The notes: a model not told the origin generated them from the sequence alone. 62,865 bases of DNA, filler included, from Bigelowiella natans CCMP2755 (GCA_000320545.1; 6 parts of 6 records of this genome joined end to end with filler, not necessarily neighbours in it); one strand, 5' to 3'. Shown: positions 51,192 through 62,509, counted from the first letter of the whole stretch. A program made the numbers and translations.

Positions 51192-53978
51192 GTCTCCCTC
51201 TCTCCCCCTTTGGTGAATCCTTCTTCACAGCACAGACAAGGATCAAATGAGCCCCTCAATAGAACACCCGAACCTTTAGGGAGGAAGGGAGAGCGGCAGT
51301 GGTGCTGCTGGTAGTTTTTTCTCTAACCCTAATTTTGGTAGTTTTTTCTCCAGGAGCTGGTATCAAAATCAACACACACCATCAACGAAGCTGGCTAGCC
51401 TAGGAATGGGGTTATTTCCACTATATTAACCCTCCCGGCCTCTGGATATAGAATGCAATACACAATACAGAGTCGCTACGCACGGTGTAAAATGATAATG
51501 ATTTTTGTTGAAGAGGTATGCTAAAATATGGCAGGGGCATCAAGCGAAGGAGTGATGGTTTCTCTGGCTCGGTCCCCACATCTTCTTTTCAAACAAACAA
51601 GAAACCTTTGTAGTTTTTCCCTCTCCGGAGAATGATAAGCGGTCCCTTAACCCCATTCTTTTTTTTTACAAAAACCATTGTTACTCAACGAAACACTGAA
51701 ACAGTGACTGGAATCCTAAATTTAGCTCTTAGTGAATCCGCGCAATTGTGTTAACGACAACGGTCAATCAGTTTTTGCATATCGGAGAGTCGCCATCCCA
51801 TCTTTAACCGGCCATTGCGAACATGCAGGCATCGTGCTGTCTGCACGTTTTCTATGAGAGAAGAATAATATTCGATCTAATAGTCTACAGTATTTTATGG
51901 AGTGAACGCATAATTACAATGTCCACTCGCTTGAGGTTGGTGGAAGATCCGTCTTTGTGATGGATTATCCATTCGTATCTTTTTTCCTTGAAGCATTAGG
52001 AAATCGTGAATTTAGCTCATACTTATCAAGAGTAGAGTCGTCTAGATTCTGTTCTGAAACCAGCATCACGGTTGACGGGTTCGGTTCTAAGCGTCGGCGT
52101 ATCATGCACGCTCATTGGGAATCTCCTCAATAAAACGAAAGTCGTTAAAATGCCTATGATAGTTACCTTCGAATTTGAGGAAATTTTTGTCTTGAAACTA
52201 TCACCTAAAACAAATTACTAATTTCATCGTTGCTGTAATTTCGAGTCAAGAAGCTTGGTTCGCTCATTCGCAGCAACAACGTCGTTCACTGACCTAGAAT
52301 GTAGCCAGGAGGTTTTTCTAATGTGGACCTCTTCATCGCAGCTGCTCTCCTCATTAGCGACATCAGAGCGAATTTGGACACTAGATCAACGTTTTCTCAC
52401 ACCTGCATAAACCATGCACTCGTTCTCAGCAAGCTGGTGAGGTTGGCGAAAACGCAAGAGGGGGGGGGGAAACCGGTCGGGAGATGAAATGAATCGGATA
52501 GTAACTGACGCACGAGGATCTTGTATCCCACGTGTTTTTCAGGTGCGACAACGTAAAATTGTTGTCGCAGACAAATAAACAATTGGATGTGCGCCTGCGT
52601 CATGCATGCTCGCCAACGGAGTTGCAAATCAATCAAACACTTTGGAAGATGTAGTCAATCATCACGCGTTCATCTGTTTGTCTGTTTCGAATCAACTCCT
52701 CTGGCCTTGCTGCTTGCCCAATCCTCTAGCCTCATATGTCCATGTGCCAAGACGTGCGCCCTTGACACACCCCCCTCTAGCCCTTCTGCAGTCTTCCAGC
52801 CTGCTTCTGGCCTTCTCCACCCGCTTCAGACAGATCCAGCACATCGGTGGTGCTTCCAGCAGATGCCTAGTTGTTGGAATGTCGAATTGACACACATCTT
52901 TAATCTTGCTAGCATGAAGGATGATGAGTCTGCGCTGAAGACTAGAAGAGTGAGATCTTTTCGAAGGAGCGTTGACGCGTGTTTGCGAGACACGCTAGCA
53001 CGCTGCACGCGCGTGTTCATCCAGTCATGCTGCATGTGTGCACTAGGTGCACAGCTACCTGACAGCTCTGGACTAGTTAGTACAGCTAGACAGCCCCAAA
53101 TCACTTCCAGACATCCACACAGCTAGACAGGTGCGGAATGATTTATCATTTCGTTCGTTCATGCATGCACTGCCTACTCCAGTCTAGCAGTGCCATGCTA
53201 GTCGACACCGCCAACACTCACACACATGTACATGCCCGCCACATTCTAGCATAGTCGCCACCAGGTCATCTAGTCATGTCTGTCTAGTCTGTGTGAACTT
53301 GAAACATGGCTTCATTGCAATGACACCACAGCTAGCACAGCTAGCACAGCTAGCACAGCTAGACAGTGATCGACCTGCCAATCTAGCAATTAATCACATG
53401 CACGTGTGAACGAACGTGAAGCTGACTGCTAGACGGGCAGCGATCTGATCGACGATGAACACGCATGCGCACTACAGCAGATAGAGAGATAGGGGTTTTT
53501 CTTGCCTAGCTGTTTGCTCTCACCATGCACTAGATCAGTCATGCCGAGAGAATTTTCCGATTCAAAAGAAAATCATGGCGCAGCACTGCTAGACTGCTAG
53601 AGACTGCGAAGCAGGCTAGCAGGTGCTCCTAGGCTAGGCTAGTAGGGTGTGCTAGAGCACTTTGGCACGTCTCTAGGTGCCCAGCTCTAGAGCTAGCTAG
53701 ACGTGCAGATGTTACCTAGACCCTAAATCATGTGATCCGCATGTAATGGTGCTTAGTGCAGCATGACCTAGCTGTAACACTCTCCCCAATATATCCATTG
53801 GTGTACAATCAGTTGTACACCAGAACCATGTGCTAGCACGGCGCGTTCTCATTCATGGCACGCATACTTCTTCGTACTTTTCGCAAACTCGGTTGTGTAA
53901 AATATTCGCAACGAACCCAACTGATAAGAAAGCTCAATTTCTCACCTCAGTGAATCTTCTAGACCATCCCAAGCATTG

Positions 53979-54842
53979 TTAGTCGATGCAGAGAAAATCT
54001 TGAGGCCATCGAAGATGTTCGGTTCTCGACTCCGGGTTGGGTTGAAGAATGCAGTTTCCATTCCTTGTGAAATGACAAAGGTACTTAGTGCCTTCGGAAA
54101 TGGCATGTTTGGATAACTCCCCGATGAGCGTCTCTCGCACTGATTGTTGGACTGCGACTGTCTTGAATTCTCCTGTGCTCTTTCTATCCTCGGCGGTTCT
54201 TTGAACTGCGCGCGTCAGGATTCTCTTTGCCACACCGATGCAGAGCTCATTGAGACGCGCCTTGGCCAACTGATCAATGCTTGCCTTTGGGAAAATTTGT
54301 CGTAACACTAGAGACACAGCAAATTCGCCCATTTCCCTTTGCCTTTCTGTCTGCGCTAGGGATGCCCTGTCGCTCCCTGTGTTGCTATCTACTTGCTGCT
54401 CAGAAGGAAAGGTAGCTGCTAGTTCTGGATCTTGGTTTATTGCCTTTGTGATGTGGTGGAGGCCGATAGGGGTTTCATAGGTAGATTCTCGGTCGTTTCT
54501 CAAATTCGCATCAGCATATCCCGTAGCTCTGCCCGAGAGCTCTAGTATTTCTGCACAAATGTACTCTTGAACGGCAGCGATGTATACGGCAGTCAAATAC
54601 CTTGTCATATTGCCTGTGTTTTCGGGAACTGCATCCTCAATCATCAGCATCAAGGATTCCAAGGGGAACGCCAAGGCCATTTCGCGGTGCTTGCTCCTCT
54701 TCGGCGAAACGGGATCTCGGAATATCAGTAAGAAAAACGACCCCGCTACGAGCACAGCAGCCAAGGTCATAACAACAACTGCCCAGCTTGTATCGCCGAG
54801 TAATTCCCGTAAGACCCCTCCGAAGAGGACGGGGAGAGACAT
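53979..54842 (-). CDS. Intronless protein (287 aa): N-terminal transmembrane helix + H2A-like fold + H2B-like fold (histone doublet)
   Basis: First ATG at 54842. TM WAVVVMTLAAVLVAGSFFLLIF. H2A-like LAFP..AVYIAAVQEYICAEILELSG..HITKAINQDPEL. H2B-like VLRQIFPKASI..RKST..VQQSVRETLIGELSKHAISEGTK. Confidence 0.88.
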   Translation of the reverse strand: MSLPVLFGGVLRELLGDTSWAVVVMTLAAVLVAGSFFLLIFRDPVSPKRSKHREMALAFPLESLMLMIEDAVPENTGNMTRYLTAVYIAAVQEYICAEILELSGRATGYADANLRNDRESTYETPIGLHHITKAINQDPELAATFPSEQQVDSNTGSDRASLAQTERQREMGEFAVSLVLRQIFPKASIDQLAKARLNELCIGVAKRILTRAVQRTAEDRKSTGEFKTVAVQQSVRETLIGELSKHAISEGTKYLCHFTRNGNCILQPNPESRTEHLRWPQDFLCID

Positions 54843-55191
54843 CAAGGCCTCTCTCAAGCGGTGTAGACTGCCATTGCCTTCGGGGTATTTGAGGCAACTT
54901 GAGCGGCAACTGGAGCAGTGGGCAATAACGCACGTTTTCTTATAACGACGCGGGAAACTTCACGTCGCTGCAAAAATAGCCGGTCGTTTCCCAACGCTGA
55001 TCGTTGCCTAGAATCGACATGTGGGAGGATGTTGCGTCTTACATCCATGCTCCTCGCGGGAGGAATTCGAAAATTCTTCGAGCCTTCTGAGAGGGCGGGG
55101 GTCCTATCGTCGTAGTCAATTTTGTAGTTGTCGCACGGTAAAAATGGCATGTTTTCTTCTGATTCTGGAGAAAGATTGAACTGACCACATC

Positions 55192-56574
55192 ATGGCGACC
55201 TCCTCCTCCTCCTCCTCGACGAGGAAAAGATTCAGTGTGGAGTTTAAGGAGAAGCCATTTGGGCTTGCCGTTTGTAATGATATGCGGGAGTCGTTCGTGT
55301 GTATGTGCCCCGAAGGCTCCCAGGCACACTGCTTAGGCATAAGGCCGGGCATGAAGCTAGTTAAGGTTGGAGATATGGACGTCTCTGCTCTTGGTCCCGA
55401 GTTGGTGTTAAAGGCCTTAAAAGACGCGCGACTACCTCTAGTTTTAGAATTTACCAATAACAAAAAGGACGTAGTTGATGCAAAAGCGGCGAGTTCGTTC
55501 GAATCCGAGGAACTATGTGAGGGCTGGGTTGAAATACGAGAAAAGGCAAAGGCCGAACTCGCCGCAGAGGCAAAGAATTCCAACTCGGCGGCTGTTGAGG
55601 GGAAAGGTGGCAATAGCAAAACGGAGGATGCGAATGACGAGAATGATGACGAGAATGATGACGACGATGCTGACACTTACCTGAGTCTCGCTCTTCATCC
55701 AATAGTCCTGAAGCGCTTAAACACTATGCTGGAACAACAGCAGCTGGCAAGTATGGAGAAGATAATGGAGGAGCTCAAAATCAAGCATGACGTCCAGTCC
55801 CTAAAAGTAGGCGGGATAGAAACAATCATCGATTTTGTGAAGCTGCCGAATGACAAATTGGAAGACCTCGCTTTAAAGCTGGGGATGCAAGCGGCGGATG
55901 CGATGCGACTGAAGAAGCGTGTTCTCGAGAAGTTTTCAATAGAATCCGAGAAACTTTATGAGGAAGGCCTCGAGCTCTTGCATGGTCTCAATCACAAAAT
56001 TATAAAATGTGATGAGGGAATCAGGTATATCGTCGCAGCGGCTACAGCGGGATGTAATGCTGCTGTTGGCCACTGCCTGAGAGGAGGACTAGGCTCAATT
56101 TCTCAAAATAAGGAGTTGGGATACAAATTTATTCACAAAGCTGGAAAGAAATCAAACGCCTATGCCTTTAACTACATGGGTGAAATGTATGAGAATGGGG
56201 ACGGTGTCGAGAAGAACACAAAGACCGCCCTCAAGTGGTACCGCAAATCTGCTGATGGGGAATGCGCTCTCGGGCAATATAATCTTGGCCGTTGTGTTCG
56301 GATGGGCGTTGGAATAGATGTAGAAAAGTTTCCAGACAACAAGTGCAAAGAATTAGCAGACAAGTGTGCGGCTTATTGGATAGGCAAAAGTGCGGAAAAG
56401 GGTTTTTGCGAGGCTCGATTCGCCATGGCGGAACTTCGCACGTCCGGACGCGGCGTGGAAAAAGACTTGACGGCTGCGGAAAAGCTGTACCGAGAGGCTT
56501 CCAAACAGGGGCATGAAAAGGCAATGGAAAAGGTTATGCAGCTAGAAGCAGGGCCAAGCAAGGCGGAATCATGA
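55192..56574 (+). CDS. Intronless PDZ + SAM-like + Sel1-like repeat protein (460 aa)
   Basis: PDZ: FKEKPFGL..EGSQAHCLGIRPGMKLVKVG..LKDARLPLVLEF. SAM-like: GIETIIDFVKLPNDKLEDLALKLGM. Sel1: AFNYMGEMYENGDGVEKNTKTALKWYRKSA, GQYNLG, GRGVEKDLTAAEKLYREASKQGHEKA. Confidence 0.88.
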   Translation: MATSSSSSSTRKRFSVEFKEKPFGLAVCNDMRESFVCMCPEGSQAHCLGIRPGMKLVKVGDMDVSALGPELVLKALKDARLPLVLEFTNNKKDVVDAKAASSFESEELCEGWVEIREKAKAELAAEAKNSNSAAVEGKGGNSKTEDANDENDDENDDDDADTYLSLALHPIVLKRLNTMLEQQQLASMEKIMEELKIKHDVQSLKVGGIETIIDFVKLPNDKLEDLALKLGMQAADAMRLKKRVLEKFSIESEKLYEEGLELLHGLNHKIIKCDEGIRYIVAAATAGCNAAVGHCLRGGLGSISQNKELGYKFIHKAGKKSNAYAFNYMGEMYENGDGVEKNTKTALKWYRKSADGECALGQYNLGRCVRMGVGIDVEKFPDNKCKELADKCAAYWIGKSAEKGFCEARFAMAELRTSGRGVEKDLTAAEKLYREASKQGHEKAMEKVMQLEAGPSKAES

Positions 56575-57731
56575 CGACCTATGATGCTCATCCGCCATGT
56601 ATCTGCAAATCGCATATCAACTTATTGTTATCTCCCTCAGTTACTCAGGGATGTAGCTGAAGCTTCTGCGCGCCACAGCACATGTAGATTCATCTACAAC
56701 GATTACAACTAACATGCGCATGCCGTGCACAATGTCTGCGGCGCTAGCTAGCAGCTAGCTAGCGCTAGAGCGTGGCATATCGCGATCTATCTGATCTGAT
56801 GTGCAATGTTCGTAGCCGTGCTCGTACGCAAACACTGCTAGCTTATGTGTCCGATGGGAAAGCTCATAATAAGTGCAAGCTCGAGCGCACAAACAGGCTG
56901 CTATCAAAACTTTAAATGATGAAACTCATTTCAGAGCATGTTAGCATTAGTTGCATCTGCAGTTTTACATCACAACATAGCTAAACAAACTGGACAACGC
57001 TGTCATAAGCTCGCTAGAGCTAGGAGGGCTAGAGTGCAAAATGCTGCACAATGCGTGCACATTAGACTAGTAGACACAGTAATGTAATACATGTGCATGC
57101 GTACATATACACATGTACACATATGTAATATACACATTGTATTACGTTTGTCGGTCTAGGCATCATGTGCGTATGGCAATGCTAACGCGGGCACTGCTGG
57201 ATTGCTAGCTAGCTAGATTGCCAGATTGCCCCATCTCTCTAGAACTCTAGAATTCTAGCAAGCCAGAGCTTTCAAAGATGTTATGCAGCTGGTTGTCAGT
57301 TGTGTTATTTGTGTGTGTCCATCAAGGTATGTCTGCGCGCGCTGATATAGAATACACCAAATAATAACACGTGCTTGCAGCGCTTACGATTCGTCCAACA
57401 GCATGCAAAGAGAGAAATTTAGGGGTTTGTGCTTGTATGTTTTTAGCTCTAGAGAGCTTGCTACATTGCTAAATTGCACGCAAACTGCGGGTCGCAGGAA
57501 TCGTCGAATTTGCATGCAGCAGATAGCAAGCAAGGCACATGACTTCGGCGCTTGTAGCGGCGCCAGGCGTGCTGTGCTCGCGCACATAGACTCCCGCTAT
57601 GGCATGATCGATTCGTAGATTAGCATGGCTAATAATTCATCATTAGCTAGGTAGGTTTCTAGGCTTCATGATGCACGTCTACATTCAACAACGGTAGAAC
57701 GATGAAGTCATCGCCATCTGCTCCTCATCTC

Positions 57732-58719
57732 CTAGCTGGACGATGCCGCTTGTACGTGATGTAGAGTGCCTGCTCACAGAAAAATGTATTTTTCGAGTTC
57801 ATAAAAATCGCGTGCACGCTCGGTACCAATACAAAGCACCTCATTGTTCTCTCAGCCACATCATCTTTCAGACCCCTCCCCTAGCCCCCCCCCCCTTATC
57901 CACAATTCGCTCCCGCCCACCGTTTTTGACGTGCACCTCCACGATTTCAATATGACTGCATGGGGAGAATACAACTCAGAAGCACGCGTTACGAAATACA
58001 CCAACTCTGAAAACAGTATCGCTATGCTGCATACATAAAGGAAATCCGCCTCCGCCTCCCCCTCCCTCACCAAAGACCCTCAAGGAGCAAGGGACCTGCC
58101 CCCCCATTCCTCATCATCATGCACAATCATCATATCGAAATCCCGACGAGAATACGACGGCACCTCAAACTCCTTCTAAGCTTCTTCAGTACCACACGAT
58201 CACGCTGCGACAAAATCGTCACCACCGTTCCGGCCCTCCCTGCAAAGAGCAAGATGAGACAGGGCAACTTGAGAGCGAAGGCGCTCTGAAGGCCAGACCC
58301 CCCCCCCCCCCCCCCCCCCCTTCAACCCAAGTTCCCAGTTAGAAACGGCTGTTCTCCCTTCGCAGCTGGAAGAGGGCAATTAATAATGACCACCCCAACA
58401 GTTTATTTCGAGTGTCAGCTCATTTGCTCTTTCATGGGAGATTCCGCGCCCTGCTACAAGGCGACTTGCTCTTGGCGCAGGACGGGGAAACATCGAAGAC
58501 ACTTGCGCTTCGATGATTGTTTAAGCGATGTCGTTTCCATTCAGCTTACTGAATGCAAACCGCGCCTCCATCGTTCAAATACGGAAAAGGATTCATGCTC
58601 GCTTGATTACGACGGCAAAGCAAACGCTGTGATTCAGTTGCGAGATGACCTAATCGGCCCGTCCGTCCGGCACGATGCACGTAGTTGAGGACATCTCTAG
58701 GTGCGTGGAGATTCACAAC
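57732..58719 (-). CDS. DEAD-box RNA helicase, C-terminal exons; 5' truncated by contig end
   Basis: VVNLHAPRDVLNYVHRAGRTGRL (motif VI), then the exon GRAGTVVTILSQRDRVVLKKLRRSL. The last exons are tentative. Confidence 0.8.
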
Positions 58720-58775
58720 CTGGTGTCGAGTGGAGGGGGGGGGGGGGGGGAAGATCATCTTGTCGCACACTCTGA

Positions 58776-58820
<45 letters not shown>

Positions 58821-58848
58821 AAATAGATCTTTATATTTATATAAAATC

Positions 58849-58948
58849 NNNNNNNNNNNNNNNNNNNNNNNNNNNNNNNNNNNNNNNNNNNNTTAATTAA
58901 TTAANNNNNNNNNNNNNNNNNNNNNNNNNNNNNNNNNNNNNNNNNNNN
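58849..58948. other. Artificial contig spacer
   Basis: N-TTAATTAATTAA-N. Confidence 0.98.
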
Positions 58949-58963
58949 GGTAGCATGTTATTA

Positions 58964-59977
58964 CCACTGGGCGAATTTCTGGAAGGAGCAGCCTGAGAGC
59001 TCTACCGTCTGCACGAGCAGCCGGAGCCAATACCCCCTCCAATCTTCAGAGTTCGTCCATTCCGCCAGTCCGTACAGCACGGCGCAGGGGGTGAAGATCA
59101 CCTACGATGGCCGCATTCAAACAAATGGAAATTTAGAATTCATCAAGTATCAATGCAAGATAGTGTTTCTTCACTGTCCTGCTCTCTAGGCGCGCCCCCC
59201 CCCCCCCCCCCGGGCACTCCCCTCTCGTTCTGTGGCTGCCCCCAGGCAGGGGGTGTTATTACCGCTAGGAAGACCGTCCTTTTGGTCTTGATGTACATCT
59301 GGTAGTACCAGGACTTCTTATTGTAGGGATGGACAAAGGCCTCGGGCTCTTCAACTGGAAGAATAACAACGTCCTCGAAATCTGACGCCCTGTCCGTGAT
59401 TGCGTGTAACAGAGATAAGATACTGCTGCCTTGAACCAGCTTCACGCCTCCCCACACCCCCAGAGTAGCCATTGTAGCCTTCATAAGCGTGGAAGATCTA
59501 GAACCCCTCGAAAATCCCATGAACGACCGGTTTATCGACGAAGGAGCGGAAGGGAGCGCAGAAGTGGGGGGTTTCGAGGTCAGCCCCCTATTCTTCCATA
59601 AATGTGTCACACCATCCTTCCTCAACGCCTTGCCTCTGCCCAGTAGCTTCCTCCGGCCAAGAATTTTAGCCCTTACAGGAAACAAATGGACGCTGCCGAT
59701 CATGGCCTGTGACGACCTTGGGAACAAAGACGCGCTGGGCCAGCGAGTGGCTTCGAGGGGGGAACGTGTGAAAGGGGGTGTGGAGTTTGTGATTCAGACA
59801 CAGGTTTTATAGAGATCGCCAGTGGTTATTGATGTGCGACAACCAATTTGGCCTCAAAATTATTCCTAATGCCTCCCATTTCTCCCAAATTCCACTGCAC
59901 ACAGCGGTATGGTAAATCTTCGAGCTCGCCAAAAACAACGGGAACAGCGGGATTCGAATCCGAGAGATGAATCGCAT
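58964..59977 (-). CDS. Multi-exon hypothetical protein; 3' truncated
   Basis: Basic presequence-like MRFISRIRIPLFPLFLASSK. Candidate exons EPEAFVHPYNKKSWYYQMYIKTKRTVFLA-VIFTPCAVLYGLAEW suggest one TM. The structure is uncertain. Confidence 0.3.
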
Positions 59978-60251
59978 AATATTTCCCCGTTGAATCAGGA
60001 CTTTTTTGTGTCTATATAGATAAAAAGGGACGCTATTTCGAAGTCGGAGAATTGGAGAGGATATCATTGCTTCCCACGTAACCAGCATTCAGAAAAACCA
60101 GAAGTTTCTTGCTGGATTCTTTAATTCTAATCTTGGAGAAACATTGTCGCAACATTGAAACCCCATTCATCTTAAAAACATGCTGCGTATGATTTGCAGA
60201 AAATAGATATCCATTGCATTATCATACAGCGACAATATGTTTCAATGTTAA

Positions 60252-61569
60252 ATGGGTCAAATTGAGACGTCCAAAACCCAGCTTCCCGCTCCGAGGTAGG
60301 TTGCTTCCTTTCGGCCCCCCCGCACAACGACGCCGCACCCCTCGTTCGTAATTCTAATGGATTATCTCTCATTTTTAACGTCCATTTGGAAAAAAAATAA
60401 CTTCGTGTCTTCCCCCCGCCCCCTAATCTGATGGGTGCTTTCTGAAAATCAGTGGGAACAGGAGAACTTGGATCTAGTCCCTTCAATTCGAGTGATTTTC
60501 CAAATCGAGTAGCACCGAACCTTGCTGGAATACGAGTGATGATTGAAAGATTATTTGGAAGCTGTCTGACTGCGCTAACTGCAGAGTTAAAGAAGAGTGA
60601 CGCAGCGAATGTGGGCATCGTTGCCATTGATGACTTCAAAAGCGCCTTCAAAGCTGCGAGCACCGCATCCAGCGCGGCCCTCGATCAGAAATTGGTTGCT
60701 GATTTCATCACCAAACATAGCACGTCGAGCGGAAAGATAAACTATTTTACGCTTCTTGACGCGGTTGGTAAAGCTCTGGAAGAAGATGATAAGGTGCGTT
60801 GGTGTGTGCATTGCTAGCCGGCTCACGCGCTGATGGGAAATCATGCATCCATTGCACACTCCTTTCTCAGCGCCTGGCGGAGGTTCTAAACCTTCTGACT
60901 GGAAAATGCGAAAAGACTGCAATACCTAAGGTATCGATGGCAGAAATCTGGCCGAGCTATTCCACTCTACATCCCGCAGGGCCCGAGAATAGCAGATGCT
61001 TGCTACTAAATTTACGAATACACTTGCAAATCATGATGTGTCGCTAACATCCATAGAAATACCGACCCTTAAGACCACAAAGTGCGCGCCCATGAATCAC
61101 AGCAATGTATTCCTTTGACGATATAATAAGTTTGATATGTATGGTTTTCTCCAGCTCCGAAAGGCCCTTGCGAAGCTCGCTCCGAGGCAGTCATGCCAGG
61201 TCTCCATTATTCACCCACATCTACTCGAAATTTCGTCTCAAAATTTTTTTACCGAACGAATAACATTGTGATGATAACAGTGGATACGTAAGTGGAGACA
61301 GTGAAGACGGTTGCAGTTTATAATTGCTGTCTTTGTCTAACTCGCCGCAGACTATTCTCAAGAGAACTGGTGGGAAGATGTCGCCCGAGGACTTCGCAAA
61401 AAGCTTCTCCAAAGCGTAAGAACATTGAATTGATTGCCGCGTAATATCGCCGGGAATAGTGACAGGAAATGCATAACGCATCGTCCACTCCCCTTTTCCA
61501 GAAGCAAAGACGCGAGGTCAGCCGAGGCCATTCTCTCTGAGGAGACCGAATCAAAGGAGGCGAAGAACG
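60252..61569 (+). CDS. EF-hand-like region (separate gene or N-terminal part of the RPE gene); start tentative
   Basis: LKKSDAANVGIVAIDDFKSAF and FITKHSTSSGKINYFTLL form a degenerate EF-hand pair. A later exon reads TGGKMSPEDFAKSF. Confidence 0.55.
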
Positions 61570-61655
61570 GTGTGATATGCGGCAGCGATAGTAGTCAGAT
61601 TGCATGCAAATTCCTGTGGGTCTTTTTTTTTTAAAAGAAAACATGTATTTACACG

Positions 61656-61698
<43 letters not shown>

Positions 61699-61732
61699 AT
61701 TACCATGCTCTTAAAATGGCCGTTATCTGCAG

Positions 61733-62409
61733 CAGGTGGCGAGATCAAAGCTGCCATCTGCCCAAGTGTTCTATCCTCCGACTTCGCCAAGCTCGGGTTG
61801 GAATGCCAAGAGATGGTCAAGCTTGGTGCGGATTGGCTACACATGGATGTGATGGTGGGTGATAGTAGTAGTAGTACTACTAGTAGTAGTAGTACTAGTA
61901 GTAGTAGTAGTAGTAGTAGTAGTAGGAATAGATGATGGTAGCCATGATGCTTTCCGACGATGCAATATGCAGCGCTGCTTGTTATTGGTAGAAGGAGTTG
62001 ACTTCGTGTGATGTGTGGCGGTTTTTGAGAGAATCTGCCTATTGTTCTTAGGATGGCCACTTTGTCCCGAACCTTACGATTGGTAGTAGTAGTTGATGGT
62101 CTATCTGCCTGATCATTCCCAAGCATTATCCTTGCCATTATCATCATTATCATCGTCTTCATCGCCTTTAAAACCATCGTCATCACCATCCCCACCACCC
62201 GCAACACGCGGCGATTTCAACCCTGCGAGTAGAGCGGTATCCCCGGCAAAAAATAGTCGTATCGAAGCGCCATTCGCCCAGGCCGCAAGGAGCTCTTGTG
62301 ACGATTTATGTGTATCTTCCTTGAAATACATCAGGCGCTCCTGTGATTGCAGCTGTGCGCAAATACACCAAAGCATGCTTAGATTGCCATCTTATGGTTT
62401 CCAATCCTG
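61733..62409 (+). CDS. RPE: Ribulose-phosphate 3-epimerase, first catalytic-domain exons; continues beyond window
   Basis: Exons 61733-61854, 62052-62082 and 62335-62409 give [59 protein letters not shown]. Confidence 0.95.
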
Positions 62410-62438
62410 GTAGTAGTCGTAATGCAGTATATTATATA

Positions 62439-62509
<71 letters not shown>

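Noticed and set aside
50996-52900. Exon-like minus-strand fragments (KLTTLEVGTNMEDCLNN; SDVANEESSCDEEVHIRK)
   Set aside because: Could not be assembled into a consistent frame or assigned a family; probably genic but unsupported.
53979-54842. Calling this a canonical histone H2A or H2B gene, or an endogenous giant-virus region
   Set aside because: Too divergent, no tails, fused and TM-bearing; no NCLDV hallmark genes are visible in the contig.
59150-59190. RTVKKHYLAL resembling an RluA pseudouridine synthase motif
   Set aside because: No HRLD catalytic motif nearby and a stop follows; likely intronic coincidence.
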